From Asterias rubens (lineage: Eukaryota), in contig NC_047082.1 in assembly GCF_902459465.1 (NCBI RefSeq), positions 9,300,001 to 9,364,000 on the forward strand: 64,000 nt of DNA. Direction: 5' to 3'. The notes below the pieces were generated by a model. It made no database searches. It was not told where the DNA came from and worked only from the letters and a program-made list of their open reading frames with translations. The position numbers were made by a program, and so were the translations under genes. How positions within the stretch are numbered: position 1 is the stretch's first letter; the number at the start of each line of letters is the position of its first letter. This document shows positions 25,744-38,117 of the stretch, piece by piece.

Positions 25744-25873
25744 GGGTCGATTTCACAAAGAGTTAGGACTAGTCCTAGGAGATATACTAAATGCATGGAT
25801 AGTCCTAAGTTAGGACGAGTAACTGGTCCTAAATCGAGATAAGACTAGTCCTAACTCTTTGTGAAATCCACCC
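25744..25873. mobile_element. PIF/Harbinger-like palindromic MITE (family D), CTG TSD
   Basis: CTG|GGGTCGATTTCACAAAGAGTTAGGACTAGTC ... GACTAGTCCTAACTCTTTGTGAAATCCACCC|CTG. Confidence 0.85.
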
Positions 25874-25884
25874 CTGGGCTGCCG

Positions 25885-26075
25885 GGGCGCTCCAAAAGCT
25901 CTTTCAAACGAACGCGTTATCAACCCCTGCCAGGGTAAAGATAAGCATTGTTTAGTATTATGTTGTATCTCGCTCGAGGACACAAGTGTCATGACGGGGA
26001 GTCGAACCCACATCAGCCGATGACTTAACCACAATAACTTGAATTCATTGCTAAACTGTTCGGCCATGACAGACC
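25885..26075 (-). mobile_element. tRNA-derived SINE with related head but different body
   Basis: Minus strand GTCATGGCCGAACAG...GTGGGTTCGACTCCCCGTCATGACACTTGTGTCCTCGAGC (A and B boxes); body diverges from the 61679 family. Confidence 0.7.
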
Positions 26076-26126
26076 GTAACATCATCATAGCATACTATTG
26101 CAAATGAAAGTGTCAAACTCCTTTAA

Positions 26127-26503
26127 AGACAGTGTACACTATTGGTAATTGTCAAAGACGAGTCTTAACAGTTGGTGTATCTCAACATATGCATACAATA
26201 ACAAACCTGTTAAAATTTGAGCTCAATCGGTCGTCGAAGTTACGAGATAATAATTACAGAAAAAACACCTTGTCACACGAAGTTGTGTGCGTTTAGATGG
26301 TTGATTTCGAGACCTAAAATTCTAAACTCAAGGTCTCGAAATCAATATCGTGTAAAATTACTTCTTTCTCGAAAACTACTCCACTTCAGAGGGAGCCATT
26401 TCTCAAAATGTTTTATACTACCAACCTCTCTCTATTACTCGATACCAAGTAAGGTTTTATGCTAACAATTATTTTGAGTAATTACCAATAGTGTCCACTG
26501 CCT
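26127..26503 (+). mobile_element. Family A, full length
   Basis: TTAA|AGACAGTGTACACTATTGGTAATT ... AATTACCAATAGTGTCCACTGCCT|TTAA. Confidence 0.92.
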
Positions 26504-26944
26504 TTAAAGTATGCCTCAACATTAACAACTGCTGTATCCCGTTGTGTACACAGTTACTATATTATACGAAACATAAGTTTTACAGCACGAGCTGAACCCT
26601 AACATTACACAAAGTACTGACACATGCTTATGTTACATCCTTTCGTGCATCTAAATATCATGTATGAGGCTATTTCACACGGAGACGGAACATTTTATGC
26701 TCCGTACATGTGAGTTTGTTGGTAATGATTGTTCTCGTTATTTACCGTTACTGTCGCCTTGACGGTTTCGAATTTCGTTGTTCGTGTCGCTCTTAGTTTA
26801 CTTTGCATTTTGAAACAAGTTTACCGATACAACGGAACATTTGCACAAAAGGGGTTAGGTTGCATGATATCTTGCCTTGGGGCAAACAGTTGGGCCACAA
26901 TGTAATAATCAATGCTTGTTTGAAGCTGAGATAAGCGAATTTAA

Positions 26945-27304
26945 AGACCGTGGACACTATAGGTAATTGTCAAAGACCAGTCTTCTCACTTGGTGTATCT
27001 CAACATATACATATAATACCAAACCTGTGAAAATTTGAGCTCAATCGGTCGTGTAAGTATCGAGTTAATAAGGAAAGAAAAACACCCTGGTAACACGAAG
27101 TTGTGTGCTTCCAGATGCTTGGTTTCGAGACCTCAAGTTCTAAACTTGAGGTCTCGAAACCAAATTCGTGGAAAATTACTTCTTTCTCGTAAACCACGTC
27201 ACTTCAGAGGGAGCCGTTTCTCACAATGTTTCATACTATCAACCTCTCCCCAATACTCGTTATCAAATGAGGTTTTATGCTAATACCAATAGTGTCCACT
27301 GCAT
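26945..27304 (+). mobile_element. Family A, full length
   Basis: TTAA TSDs and TIRs. Confidence 0.9.
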
Positions 27305-27314
27305 TTAATCACCA

Positions 27315-27525
27315 TACTAGCCATTCCTCCCACAGAGAGAAGACCGGGAAGGGAAGTTTCAGTTTTAGATGTGCGAGGTGAATCACTGCGACTGATTCAA
27401 GGGGAAACCTACGCTATCAGATAAAAACTGGGAAAACCTAATCCAGATAGTGACCCCGTTGAGATTCGAACCGGGGTTCCGGAGGTGGAATGCGCGGAAG
27501 ACGCCAACTCGAACGCACATTAACG
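27315..27525 (-). mobile_element. Degenerate tRNA-derived SINE of another family
   Basis: B box GGTTCGAATCTC on - (27461-27472) followed by GGATTAGGTTTTCCCAG body. Confidence 0.5.
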
Positions 27526-29359
27526 CGTACTATTTTGTACAATGCACTGCTTATTGAAGAAAACAGCTCCCTTCACAAGCACGTCACGTTTTTAGTGCCC
27601 ATTCCCCCCCATGTTTGTCAAAGTTTAAGGGATGTTTTTTGTTATGAAACTTGCTACAAGTGTGCATTACACCAAGTTATAAACGATGACGTAAAAATAT
27701 ACATTTTGTTTTCCGCAATGTTTGAGAAAAAAAAAAAAAAAAAAAATCTCCCATAATTTCCGTCTGGTCTAAATACGTCTGTATCATTTTGTCAATTAAA
27801 AAAAGTCAACAAAGTTACCTACAAATTCATAACATTATTTCATTGGTCAATGTTGAAACGCTTTTTGATCATTGGTTTATCTCCTTTGGAGGGTATAAAC
27901 TTGTAGGTCTGTTTTATTTCACTTCCATCTGCGGCATGTATTTGGGTTACATGATTGAGTTATTTATCATCGAAAAACTCATGGATTTAGTTCCTTCTCG
28001 TTTCGTTAATACTTAAAAGTGCAGAGGCTGTCACAACGCAACAGACATGTATCGATTACTAAGAAAGCGAAACCCGGGTCTCGGTTACAAAATAATCGAT
28101 TACATCGAGTCGCACTTCGTATAAAGGCATCTTTACGAAAGTTTTTAGTATTCGATGAGGAGGAAATTAGATATACGATTCGATATGGTCGTAAAACCGC
28201 TCATGGTTACTGCTCGCTAGGGAAACGAATACAAATTAGCGGAATATAATCCGGGAGGCACAATCCAGAAGAAACTTGCCGTATTTTTTTAATGATTAGG
28301 CCATTTTATTAATGCGCATATTAATCATGTTATTTGTTTTTTCCGACCTTTATTTGCAGCCGATGTGGAACTTGGGGGTTGCATGACCCAGAAAACTTAA
28401 TACGATGTATAGCTTTTCCTCAGACTATATTACAATAATTTTTAACGATTTAAGTAAAAAAATTGACGGAGCTTCGGTCACACGATACTTTTAATTAGAA
28501 CCTGTTACATCAGGCATCAACGTCAGTGGGGGTATTGAGTATCAAATCACCGGCTACAGATTACAAAAGAGTATGAATGTTCGTGCCAAGAAAATGATTT
28601 GTTATTCGATCTCTTTAATTGGGGAATCTGTCACGGAATATGAATGCCATTTTGGGATGGCTAAAGGCAATGCCATAACGCAAGGAAGTATAATGGGATA
28701 CTGCTACCTATCGTATTGATTAACAATGAAAATAAACTTGTAGTGACGGAAGTTATTCTACCGTTTTTTATTTAATTTCTTTTTTGGCGATGGGGAAGAT
28801 CTTGTTTTTCATTTAATATAAACTCGAGTTGGGTTGGAGTCCTGAGGCTTTGGTTCCGTTATTTCCGTTGCCTTCGACGACAGTTTTCTTTTTCTTTTTC
28901 CTTATTCATTTTATTTTTTATTTTTTATATAGTAATGTTTTTAACGACTAGTTTGTAAACTGTACATTTCAGCTTTATGCAGCTGTATTGCGGTATTTAA
29001 TGAATTAAACCATGCCAATAATAATAACTTTGAAGAGTTCCAGGCATAGCCAATGTTGAAGCCATTAATTATTTGGACAGGCCAATGTGCAATTTGGTTC
29101 TCTGGTCAGGTTCTATTAATCTGATACGAGTGGACCTCATTAAAATGAGAAGGAAACCAGACGCAGTGCATGAGGGTGAACCATCCAATCCCAACCTAGT
29201 CTTCGTCAGTACCGCCTATTATAATATAGTATGTAATTGATAATTAAGCCGTAGTGACCAAGTCAGAAATTAGATTTGTGTAAGTGCTTTAAGTGATTTT
29301 AGCCAAAAAAAAAACACTTGTTGCCTTTTGTTCGTCCAAGCTGGCCATTAATGGTTTAA

Positions 29360-29693
29360 AGGAACCCGTTGCCTTGGATTGGACGAGTTGGTCTATAAAA
29401 AGCATTTGTAACCGTTTGTTATAAAATGCATATGGTTGGAAAGATGTTTGTAAAGTAGAATACAATGATCCACACTAATTTGCCTCGAAATTTATGGGAG
29501 TCAAACATTTGACTCCCATAAATGGCCGACCATTAGTCGACGAGGTAAAAGGAAAACCGTGACATTTCGAGGCATTGTGTGGAGCATTGTATTCTACTTT
29601 TCAAACATCTTTCTAACCAAATGTACGTTAATAACAAACGGTTACAAATGCTTTTCAAAAACCAACTCGACCGATCCAAGGCAACGTGTTCCT
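29360..29693. mobile_element. Fold-back Kolobok-like MITE, family C
   Basis: TTAA|AGGAACCCGTTGCCTTGGAT ... ATCCAAGGCAACGTGTTCCT|TTAA, long inverted arms. Confidence 0.9.
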
Positions 29694-30615
29694 TTAAACT
29701 TTGCTGAAAAAAAGTTACTATTAGACTAATACCAATTTGGATAAAACCATCATTCCGCAATGTGTATATAGATCCGTTTACCTGTATTCACAATGCAGTC
29801 TGGATCCTTCCTGTTCAAGACCAATCGATGACATTTAATCTCGTCTTTGAATTTGTTCCGTACAAAATCTAATTAAGGGGATCGATCAATCTTTATTTGC
29901 CATTTATTAGCCGGTCCGTTTGTTGAATTATCTCAGTTGATGTCTACCAACAACCTGTCTATACAGGTTCTCTAGGGAGTGCGTATATATAAAGGCTACA
30001 CGGGTACCGACGTGATTTTAAACACAGTGACATTACAACAGAATGTCCCGTACTAAGGTCAACCTCGTCCCCCAGGAAGATGTTATTTGTCATGGTGGGT
30101 GTAACACAACGGGTAGTGTGGTAAACTATGAACTTATTGGATGCTCAATATTATAGCACTCTTATGTCACTCAATGACGTTCGAGGCGCTTTATCGCCAA
30201 GTATTTTCCCTGCAAGCTATTGATGTGGAGCTACGTTTTGTCAAGTATGGTACCAATTTATTTACATATATATCACCATTAAATGGTTTGCAAGGCAGCC
30301 AATCCAACCAGGAACATCGGGACGAAACCTTTTCTCCTTCGATGAATGCACTGGATTAATTTACTGAATAATTATACGGCACACGGGACCAACGGCTTTA
30401 CGTCCCATCCAAAGGGCGCAGCAATAATGGTTAAGTGTCTCGCTTGTCAATTCTGAACCTGCTGGGTTTTTTTTTAAGGAGTATAACTCACACTTGTTTT
30501 AGTCTATGTTGGATAATATGAATTTTGCATATCCAGCCTCGGTTTGGTACTTTTGGTTTGATATACAATTATTTTGAGTAATGGCCAATATTGTCCATCA
30601 GTTTATTTAAGAACC

Positions 30616-32020
30616 GAATTCAGACTCTCACTTGTTTTGACGATTGAGAACTCCCTCCTTCTGCTCCAGTCGAAACAAATTTTTACACTTGACATGTTTG
30701 TGATAAATCGGACGCTATGGAAGTTGATGTCACCTTTGTCAACAGCACGCACAGATCAGAACATGTATAAAGAATTCGGTCAATGGTCGAGTCGTGTAAA
30801 CAAACCGCCATTGAGATCAACTAAAAGAAACAATTCAGCTTCGGTTTGGTAACTTTTGGTTTGAACTAGCAGACAACAAAATGGTTTCTTATTGAGGCAA
30901 CAGGAAATGATTTGTGATCACTGCGTCTATTTTTACCAATTACACCACTTTTTTTTTTATGTAAACTAAACTGACTGGCGATGAAAACATCCCCTGACAG
31001 ATACGACGACGCACATGCAATTTAGAATTGAGCACCTTCTGAGCTTATTGCGATGTAACCAATAGCAAATCCTACAGCCTATCAGCTCATGTCATTATCA
31101 GTCATATTATGGTTGAGTATGGCTATTTCATGACAAGTTTTAGCCTTAGAGGTTTTATGTTTCGCAAGGGAAACTCACCCCTAAGGGTCTACATGATTGC
31201 TTCACTGTCAAGGCTTGATACATCAATGTCAGGCTTTTTTTATAATCATGTATGCTGAGAAATGTTTCAGTAACTCTTGCTTGACTAGGATGTAAGAATT
31301 GACCACTAGCGATCCCACTACTTTTCTTGTACTAATTGAGTTCACTTTTATCGGGTTGAAGTGAACTGGAAACGCAACAATTACAATATGGAACATGAAA
31401 TATCATTTTGAATTGTTCGCATTGTAGCTTTCGAGAAAAAAAGATTAGCTATTGTAAATTGCTAACAACCAAAATGAAGTATGACACAAATGGACGTTAT
31501 GGCCTGAAAGTTCAACCCTAGCAGAGTCTTTCTCGAAGGCTACATGACAACACAAGACACATGGACAGGTAACCCTAGCTCTAACCAGTGTTAATGTCAG
31601 TAACTTTCCAATTTTATTATTGCTGTTGTAAACTGTCTATATAAGCGTGTAGCATGTGATACGAGATGTATATCATGTGATATTCACAACTACTTCACCG
31701 GACTACAACATGGTTTTAATTCATTTCTAACCGTAACACCATAGTGACGGAGGGATGGCTCGGTTTCAATCAATTATTCACAAACATCTAATAGAATCGT
31801 GCTTTTAGTTGAACTGCATAAACAGATCTCAATGGCGGTTTACACGACTCGACCATTGACTGAATTCTTTATACATTTTCTGATCTGTGCGTGCTAATGA
31901 CAAAGGTGACATCAAACTCCATAGCATCCGATTCGTCAAAAACATGCCATGTGTAAAAAAAATGTTTCGACTGCTGCAGGAGGAGTTCTCAATCGTCAAA
32001 ACAAGTGAGAGTCTAAATTC
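30616..32020. repeat. Pair of ~210-bp inverted repeats (30616-30836, 31795-32020) around a ~1-kb spacer
   Basis: GAATTCAGACTCTCACTTGTTTTGACGATTGAGAACTCC...CCGCCATTGAGATC recurs as a reverse complement with scattered differences. Confidence 0.9.
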
Positions 32021-33018
32021 AGATATGTAGAGTTTTGTGTCGTAATGACCGGTCCAGAATGGGGGTCTTAAAGTGTCCAAGAAGTGCACACACATCATTT
32101 TGACACCTGCTTTTCCTAGACGGATAATTGATGCAAACTTGCTCAAAATAGCCAAGACGTCACTATCGATCTTGCCTTGGACTGAGAGTGTGCAACGCAT
32201 CGCTGAGTGTTACACATTCAATGCATAGTGATGGGGGGGGGGGGGAGTAAAAAGTTCGTGACTTGGAATTAAAGGTTTAAACTCTGTCTTCAGGTTGGAA
32301 GGTGATTATGGTTCATCTGAAACATTTAAACAGTTATTCAAACATCAAAATAAGAGGGTACAATTAATGACCATCAAGTATTGTGGAAGTGAGTAAAATC
32401 GAGACAGACAGACTGACGCCAACATGACTTTACAATTAACAATTTAGCATTACATTTAAATTTCCTAATGTTGCGAGTTATGTTCTAATCTTTGCATATA
32501 TGGCCTTACAATTTAAACTGTTTTTAGAGGGTTTGGATTATAACAATCCAAAACACTTTACATTCTGTCGCCTATATTGTTTTCATCATTTTACACATGT
32601 TACACTATATTTTTAAATACTAACTCACAAAGTCCAAACTATCAACAAAAAAGAACCTTCGAACTTCGTATAATAATAAACTGCACATTAAATGCCAAAA
32701 CAATGTAAGGGTTAGATGGAGTCCGGCGGGATACGATAATAATACTCGATCCCTACACGCCGTATTTAAGTGCAAACAGCGGTCTTGTAACAGTTTCAAA
32801 AGAAACTTCAGTTTGAATTCAACACCCGTGTCACTGAGATCCATCAAGGTAACGGTTCGAAGCAAATGAGACCCTGGATTTCTCGTTCTTTCTCTCGTGT
32901 CCTGACCAAGTCCCCGTGACGACTGTGCATCACTAAGTGTGCATGCCAGCCCAATATATCGAACCATGTACTCTTGGGGGCTGCACCACACTATTGAGTA
33001 ATTGCTTTTTTTTTACAG

Positions 33019-33164
33019 GGGATGTGGCTAGTAGGATCGTAAACGGCTACATCGCTGGTAATGGATTCTTGAAATCCAACAAATTGTCAGCGGGACACGA
33101 CGCGAGGATGAGCGGGGAGAAGCGAGTGGAATTTGATATAACTAACCGTTTACCTGGGATGTGG
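33019..33164 (+). CDS. Candidate host exon, product unknown (possible start MSGEKRVEFDITNRLPGMW at 33108)
   Basis: Strong acceptor TTGCTTTTTTTTTACAG, strong donor TGG|GTGAGT, one frame open throughout; upstream donor AAG|GTAACG at 32848. Confidence 0.45.
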
Positions 33165-33252
33165 GTGAGTTGATGCGATTTGAAGCGAAATGTCACGTAG
33201 CGGTAGGCCTATAGGAGGACGTTAATATTACAAAATGCTCTCAATCGTCGAG

Positions 33253-33330
33253 CAACGTTTCAATTTAAAGACAGTTCGTTGAAGATTGTTTAGATTAAAG
33301 AATTCAACGTTTCAATTTAAAGACAGTTCT
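33253..33330. repeat. 25-bp direct repeat, period ~52 bp
   Basis: CAACGTTTCAATTTAAAGACAGTTC occurs twice. Confidence 0.85.
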
Positions 33331-34066
33331 TGGAGTATGTTGACTGGATGGGAAGAATACAGCGTTTCTAAGCAGAAATCAAGCTCAAACTACGATCCAC
33401 GTAGAAGATCGTACGGGAAAAATATGCTCCCCAATAAAAACATAATTAACTTCGCATTTTTATTTTCACTTATAATTGAAACGCGAATCAAAACGAATAA
33501 ATTTCCGTTAGACACCAGATGTCAACAGAGACCACTGTGACTTGTTTTTTTTTCACAGAGCTCGGGAAAATATTGAGTAGGCATCGTTGTAATAGCAATG
33601 TAAAAACCAAAACGAATATTCAACATAAATAGTTGTACTAAATGTTGTTATTTTGTCCCCATCATATACAGCAACAAGCTACTTACAAGTTATTTGATCA
33701 CAACAATTTGATTATTAGTTCTGATGAAAAATCCATATCTTGTTACAGTGTTGTTAATTTGTAAGACATTTTTTCTTCTAATGTTTTTCTTGCCACGCAT
33801 CGATTTCCAGCCACGAGATCGTGCTACACTGCTCCGTGGCACCTTTGCTAATCTAGGTCAGTCTTGTATCCATTAATCCACGGATACCTTCACACTAAAG
33901 GTTAAACAATTCCGACTGGTCTTAATAAACCCCGTAAATAAGACGCGAATGAGAAGGTGTGAACACTGGGTTTGCAGATATAAGCCACAACTATGAGTAA
34001 CCGCGAGGTATATGACGATAATGTATAATAATGTTAAACATTACCAGTCGCAGCAGGTCTGTATAT

Positions 34067-34280
34067 GGACCCTTCCCATGAAATATTACATTCACGCATG
34101 CGTACAGACCCTGTTGGTTGGCAAACGCCATAGAGTTGTGCACTAAGCAGACGCGCAGTCGCGTCTGCGTCACGCACTCATTAGCCGTGTACAAAACAGC
34201 GCGATGTTCCCTCATGTTGCCAACCAAAAGGTTAGTGCGCACGCGCTACGTGCAATTTACATATTTCATGGGAAGGGTCT
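34067..34280. mobile_element. MITE, AT TSD, ISL2EU-like
   Basis: AT|GGACCCTTCCCATGAAATAT ... ATATTTCATGGGAAGGGTCT|AT. Confidence 0.8.
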
Positions 34281-34349
34281 ATTCAATGCCTCCCCGGGCC
34301 ATGGGTGTGTGTATAATGGCAGTTTTGTGAACTGTGTAGATTTCTTTGC

Positions 34350-34770
34350 GGTATCTCACGTACGGTTTGAATTTGATTCGGGAGGCACCGTAGTGTGATC
34401 CTATACCTGGACCATTCGAACCAGGAGCGATCAAGGCGAATCCGAACCGGACTTTGATTGCATTTAGAACTATGACTCCTATGAGAGTCTCACCCGGAAC
34501 CCCGGATCTCACGTATGGTATGAATTGAATCATTGTATTGATGAAGGAGGCACCACCCTTAATACCTGGACCATTTGAACTAGGAGATATCAAGGCGAAT
34601 CCGAACCGGACTTAAATTGCATTTAGAACCATGGTTAAGTTAGAGTCAGACCCGGAACCTGAACCCCACCTACAGTTATTGATGAAGGAGACACCATAGT
34701 GTGATCGTTAAAACCCGGACCTCAAAAGGAACTTTAATAGTCAGAATCCAGGCGAATCAGAACCGAAATG
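34350..34770. repeat. Diverged tandem repeat, periods 165 and 141 bp
   Basis: GGAGGCACC/GGAGACACC at 34381, 34546 and 34687; shared CAAGGCGAATCCGAACCGGACTT. Confidence 0.85.
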
Positions 34771-35118
34771 AAATGTTGTTCCGTCAATGCATTGTAAAGA
34801 CTCACTTGTTTCGTCGACATACAGTAATATATTATTTTGACCCATCTTTGAATGTGATTTGATTTGTGTGGGAAACGTCCAATCGCTTTGCATCCTCTGG
34901 GAAAGGCGCTCTATAAAGGCAAACTTATTTTTCAGAACTGGGTTTCTCGTCGAGAGTCTTACTCAAATTGATCCAGACTATTCCAACCGCAGAGGGGTTC
35001 TAAAGTTAATTATCACGTCGCCTAAATACATTTTCTTTCTTCTACAATTTCGAACCAAGTGAAAACGAAATTTATTGGGAACTAATCACCGTTGGCATTA
35101 TTGTAAACTATCTCTTAA

Positions 35119-35483
35119 AGACAATGGACACTATTGGTAACTGTCAAAGACCAGTCTTCTCACTTGGTGTATCTCAACATATGCATTAAATAACGAACCT
35201 GTGAAAATTTGAGCTTGATTGGTCGTCGGAGTTGCTAAATAACTATGGAAGAAAATTACCCTTGTCACACGAAGTTGTGTGCTTTCAGATGCTTCATTTC
35301 GAGACCTCGAATTCTAAACTTGAGGTCTCGAAATCAAACTCGTGGAAAATTACTTCTTTCTCGAAAAATACTTCACTTCAGAGAGAGCTGTTTCTCACAA
35401 AGTTTTATACTTTCAACCTCTCCCCATAATGAGGTTTTATGCTGATAATTATTTTGAGTAATTACCAATAGTGTCCACTGCCT
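35119..35483 (+). mobile_element. Family A, full length
   Basis: TTAA TSDs and TIRs. Confidence 0.92.
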
Positions 35484-35581
35484 TTAACGCTCCGAGAAAT
35501 GTCAAGACTGTGTCACGCAATACGCTACAATTGAACCGTAGAAAGAAGAAACCTACTTTCAGTTCAGAGTTGATATCTCAC

Positions 35582-35784
35582 AGGTTCATCTCCTCTCGAC
35601 CGTAAACTTCCTGGCTACGGGATGTATATGAGGACCCTGTTGACTGTGATTCCTCAGGTCCCGATGGTCTCATATTATCGCTGAAGTAGATTCTTTGACC
35701 CGTTATGAAGGATCGATGGTCATCTGTTGCGCTCTAATTGTGCGTCTCGCTCGCTCAGGGTTTGTACTCTCGCGGGATTTTCTC
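35582..35784 (-). CDS. Candidate exon with 5' UTR and start codon (MRPSGPEESQSTGSSYTSRSQEVYGREEMN)
   Basis: Minus acceptor GTTCTTGTTCAACTTCGCCTTTCAG, donor CCT|GTGAGA, ATG at 35673. Confidence 0.3.
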
Positions 35785-36047
35785 CTGAAAGGCGAAGTTG
35801 AACAAGAACGTATTGTTAGACTTTATGTTTACAAAAGCAAAATTGTGATGATTTAAAAATGAAGAGATTGATCATACAGACATTGAACACCTACATACCC
35901 AATTACCTGACGCCGTCACCCATTAAGATTTCCTCGTGTAATACTGTGTTTTATGCAGTGTGTCCTACACTGGTCAAGGCAGTGCGTACTTCAAACGCAC
36001 TTTTTACAAAATGGCGGACAGTGGACAGAGTCAGGCGTATCTTCAGC

Positions 36048-36096
36048 ATGGAAGATGGTGAATATGTACCCGTGGAAGATGGTGAATATGTACCCG
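36048..36096. repeat. 24-bp tandem duplication
   Basis: TGGAAGATGGTGAATATGTACCCG occurs twice. Confidence 0.9.
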
Positions 36097-37006
36097 TAAC
36101 AGTGCAAGCCTTAGTCCCACCACTATTTTAGATACCACCCCCTCTTAAGTTTCAAATAATTTATGTAGGGGGTTATATGGATATAAAATAAAAACATCTT
36201 GAAGGTGAGTTGCAGAAACTCAATGTGTTCATGTTCAAGTTGTTATTGAAGAGAGTCGGTGGCTCTGGACGCCCTCTGTCCCTTGATACTGCCCGGCGGT
36301 TTGGGGATTTCGTACGGTATTAAAATTATCAGGGGTACACATCGATATGTTGCTACGGTTCTTACGTTACTCAATAAAAAAAAAACGGTATGATATTAAT
36401 ATTGGGTGACTACACTACACTGTTCACTGTATAAGGGACTTCCGAAGTGAAGTTTTATTGAGGGGATAACAAATTTAGACTCTAAGGGGAATGTCATTGC
36501 TCTGTGAACGTACCTAACTTCGTGCGACGAAAAAAGGGAGGCTTTTCGTGAAATGCAATCAAAATAAATGTACTGACATCTGGCATGATTACATTTCATT
36601 TTAATGGTCTTCGGCGGGTCAAAAGAACACTCAATGAAGATTCTCATTTAGTGAAGACCCAGCACTTTATTCATTGTCAAACGTTTGATTGTTCAACTAT
36701 GATTGCTTTATTCGCAGTTTTAAATCTATGCGCTTGAGGCAACGCTAAAGACATTACACTTGTGTTAAACCCCCCCCCCCCACCCCCACCCCCTAAACAA
36801 ACGCACAGTTGATTCCAAATATTACAACCCAAATCAAGGAATATTGTGTTAAATACCACTGTTTTACCTTCAAGATATCCAGTAAGTACAAGTAATAAGA
36901 TGATCGCAGGACGAGTGAAATGACCGAAAACTTGAATCCCTTCTAAAGTATCAGTAGTTCATAACGACTATAATTGGCACGGAACAAAAATAATAAAGAG
37001 ATCAAT

Positions 37007-37139
37007 GGGAGACTTTGGAACGCTAGGTGGCAGCAGACTTACCAGGTAAATTTCCATTGTTTACACAGTTCTGAGCATGCGCACTTTACCAAGAACAATG
37101 GATTAAGTTTGCTGCCACCAAGCGTCCAAAAAGTCTCCC
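37007..37139. mobile_element. MITE, AT TSD, ISL2EU-like
   Basis: AT|GGGAGACTTTGGAACGCTAGGTGGCAGCA ... TGCTGCCACCAAGCGTCCAAAAAGTCTCCC|AT. Confidence 0.8.
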
Positions 37140-37967
37140 ATTGGGTGTTATTAGCGTGCTTTCGAAAGACCACGGTAGGGACACAGGACGGTGAACAAAT
37201 TCTAAGCGTGTCTTTTTTATCCCCGCAGGGAAGATGAGGTACAATAACAAAGTGTGGCTTTTGAAGGAAAACTCCATGGCTTTACCGTCCCAATCGAAAA
37301 ACGGAGGACGCTACATGTTGGCGCATGGAGTTTGCATGTCGATGCAACACAAGTACACGTGTATAGAGGGTATTCCCGACACGCTTGGTTGGTTGCGCCC
37401 ATGTGAGAAAGACGGTACATGCACAACACGTACATTAATGCTTAGTGGCCTCATCTTTCCTGGGGTAAAAATACGCTACAAGGGATTACTGATTGTATAT
37501 AATAGAGATCAGTGTAAGGGAGTAGGAAAATCGATCGACGCATGCGCCAAACTGAAGTAGACTCCGTCGTGTAGAGATTGGGAACGCTATTTTGGTGAAA
37601 CAACGTCCGGTCTGACTCGATTCAAGCCCCGTTCTCGTGCGAGAGATCCTAAAAAATCATATCCGACTTCAAAACGTAGCGATTGTGGTCCCGAGAATGG
37701 CCAGGCACAGGGGGGGGGGCTAGGTTGGGGGATGCCAACATCGCAAAAGTTTTCTGATGTTTAGGCGATGAGACTGTAAATAAAAAAGGACCCTCATGGG
37801 GACTGGGACTTGAATCAATTCTATATCACCATGCGGTCCACAACATCCAGGACGGGAGCACTCAAGCGTGAGAATACAGATTACTGTGCTATGCTCTCTC
37901 CCGTCCTGTGTGCTCCGTGCCAAAAATCGAAAGCTCGCTATTTTCAAACTGAAACGGCACGCACCAT

Positions 37968-38117
37968 AGACCTTTTCGCAAATACCGGGGCGCGCGCGTA
38001 AAGCTTGGAATTAGGTGCATTGTGGTCTAGCTGGTATCCAAATTTGATCCATATATATCCGATAATGCACCTCATTCAACAGTCTGCGCTTGCGCATTGG
38101 TATTTGCGATAAGGTCT
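37968..38117. mobile_element. MITE, AT TSD, ISL2EU-like
   Basis: AT|AGACCTTTTCGCAAATACC ... GGTATTTGCGATAAGGTCT|AT. Confidence 0.8.

Noticed and set aside
30574-32200. Similar peptides in ORFs 30574..30852 and 31829..32200
   Set aside because: They reflect the DNA inverted repeat; differences include frameshifting indels and there is no recognisable domain.
37234-37560. 108-aa ORF after a strong splice acceptor (37228)
   Set aside because: No recognisable motif and no convincing unique donor; it lies among MITEs, so it cannot be supported.
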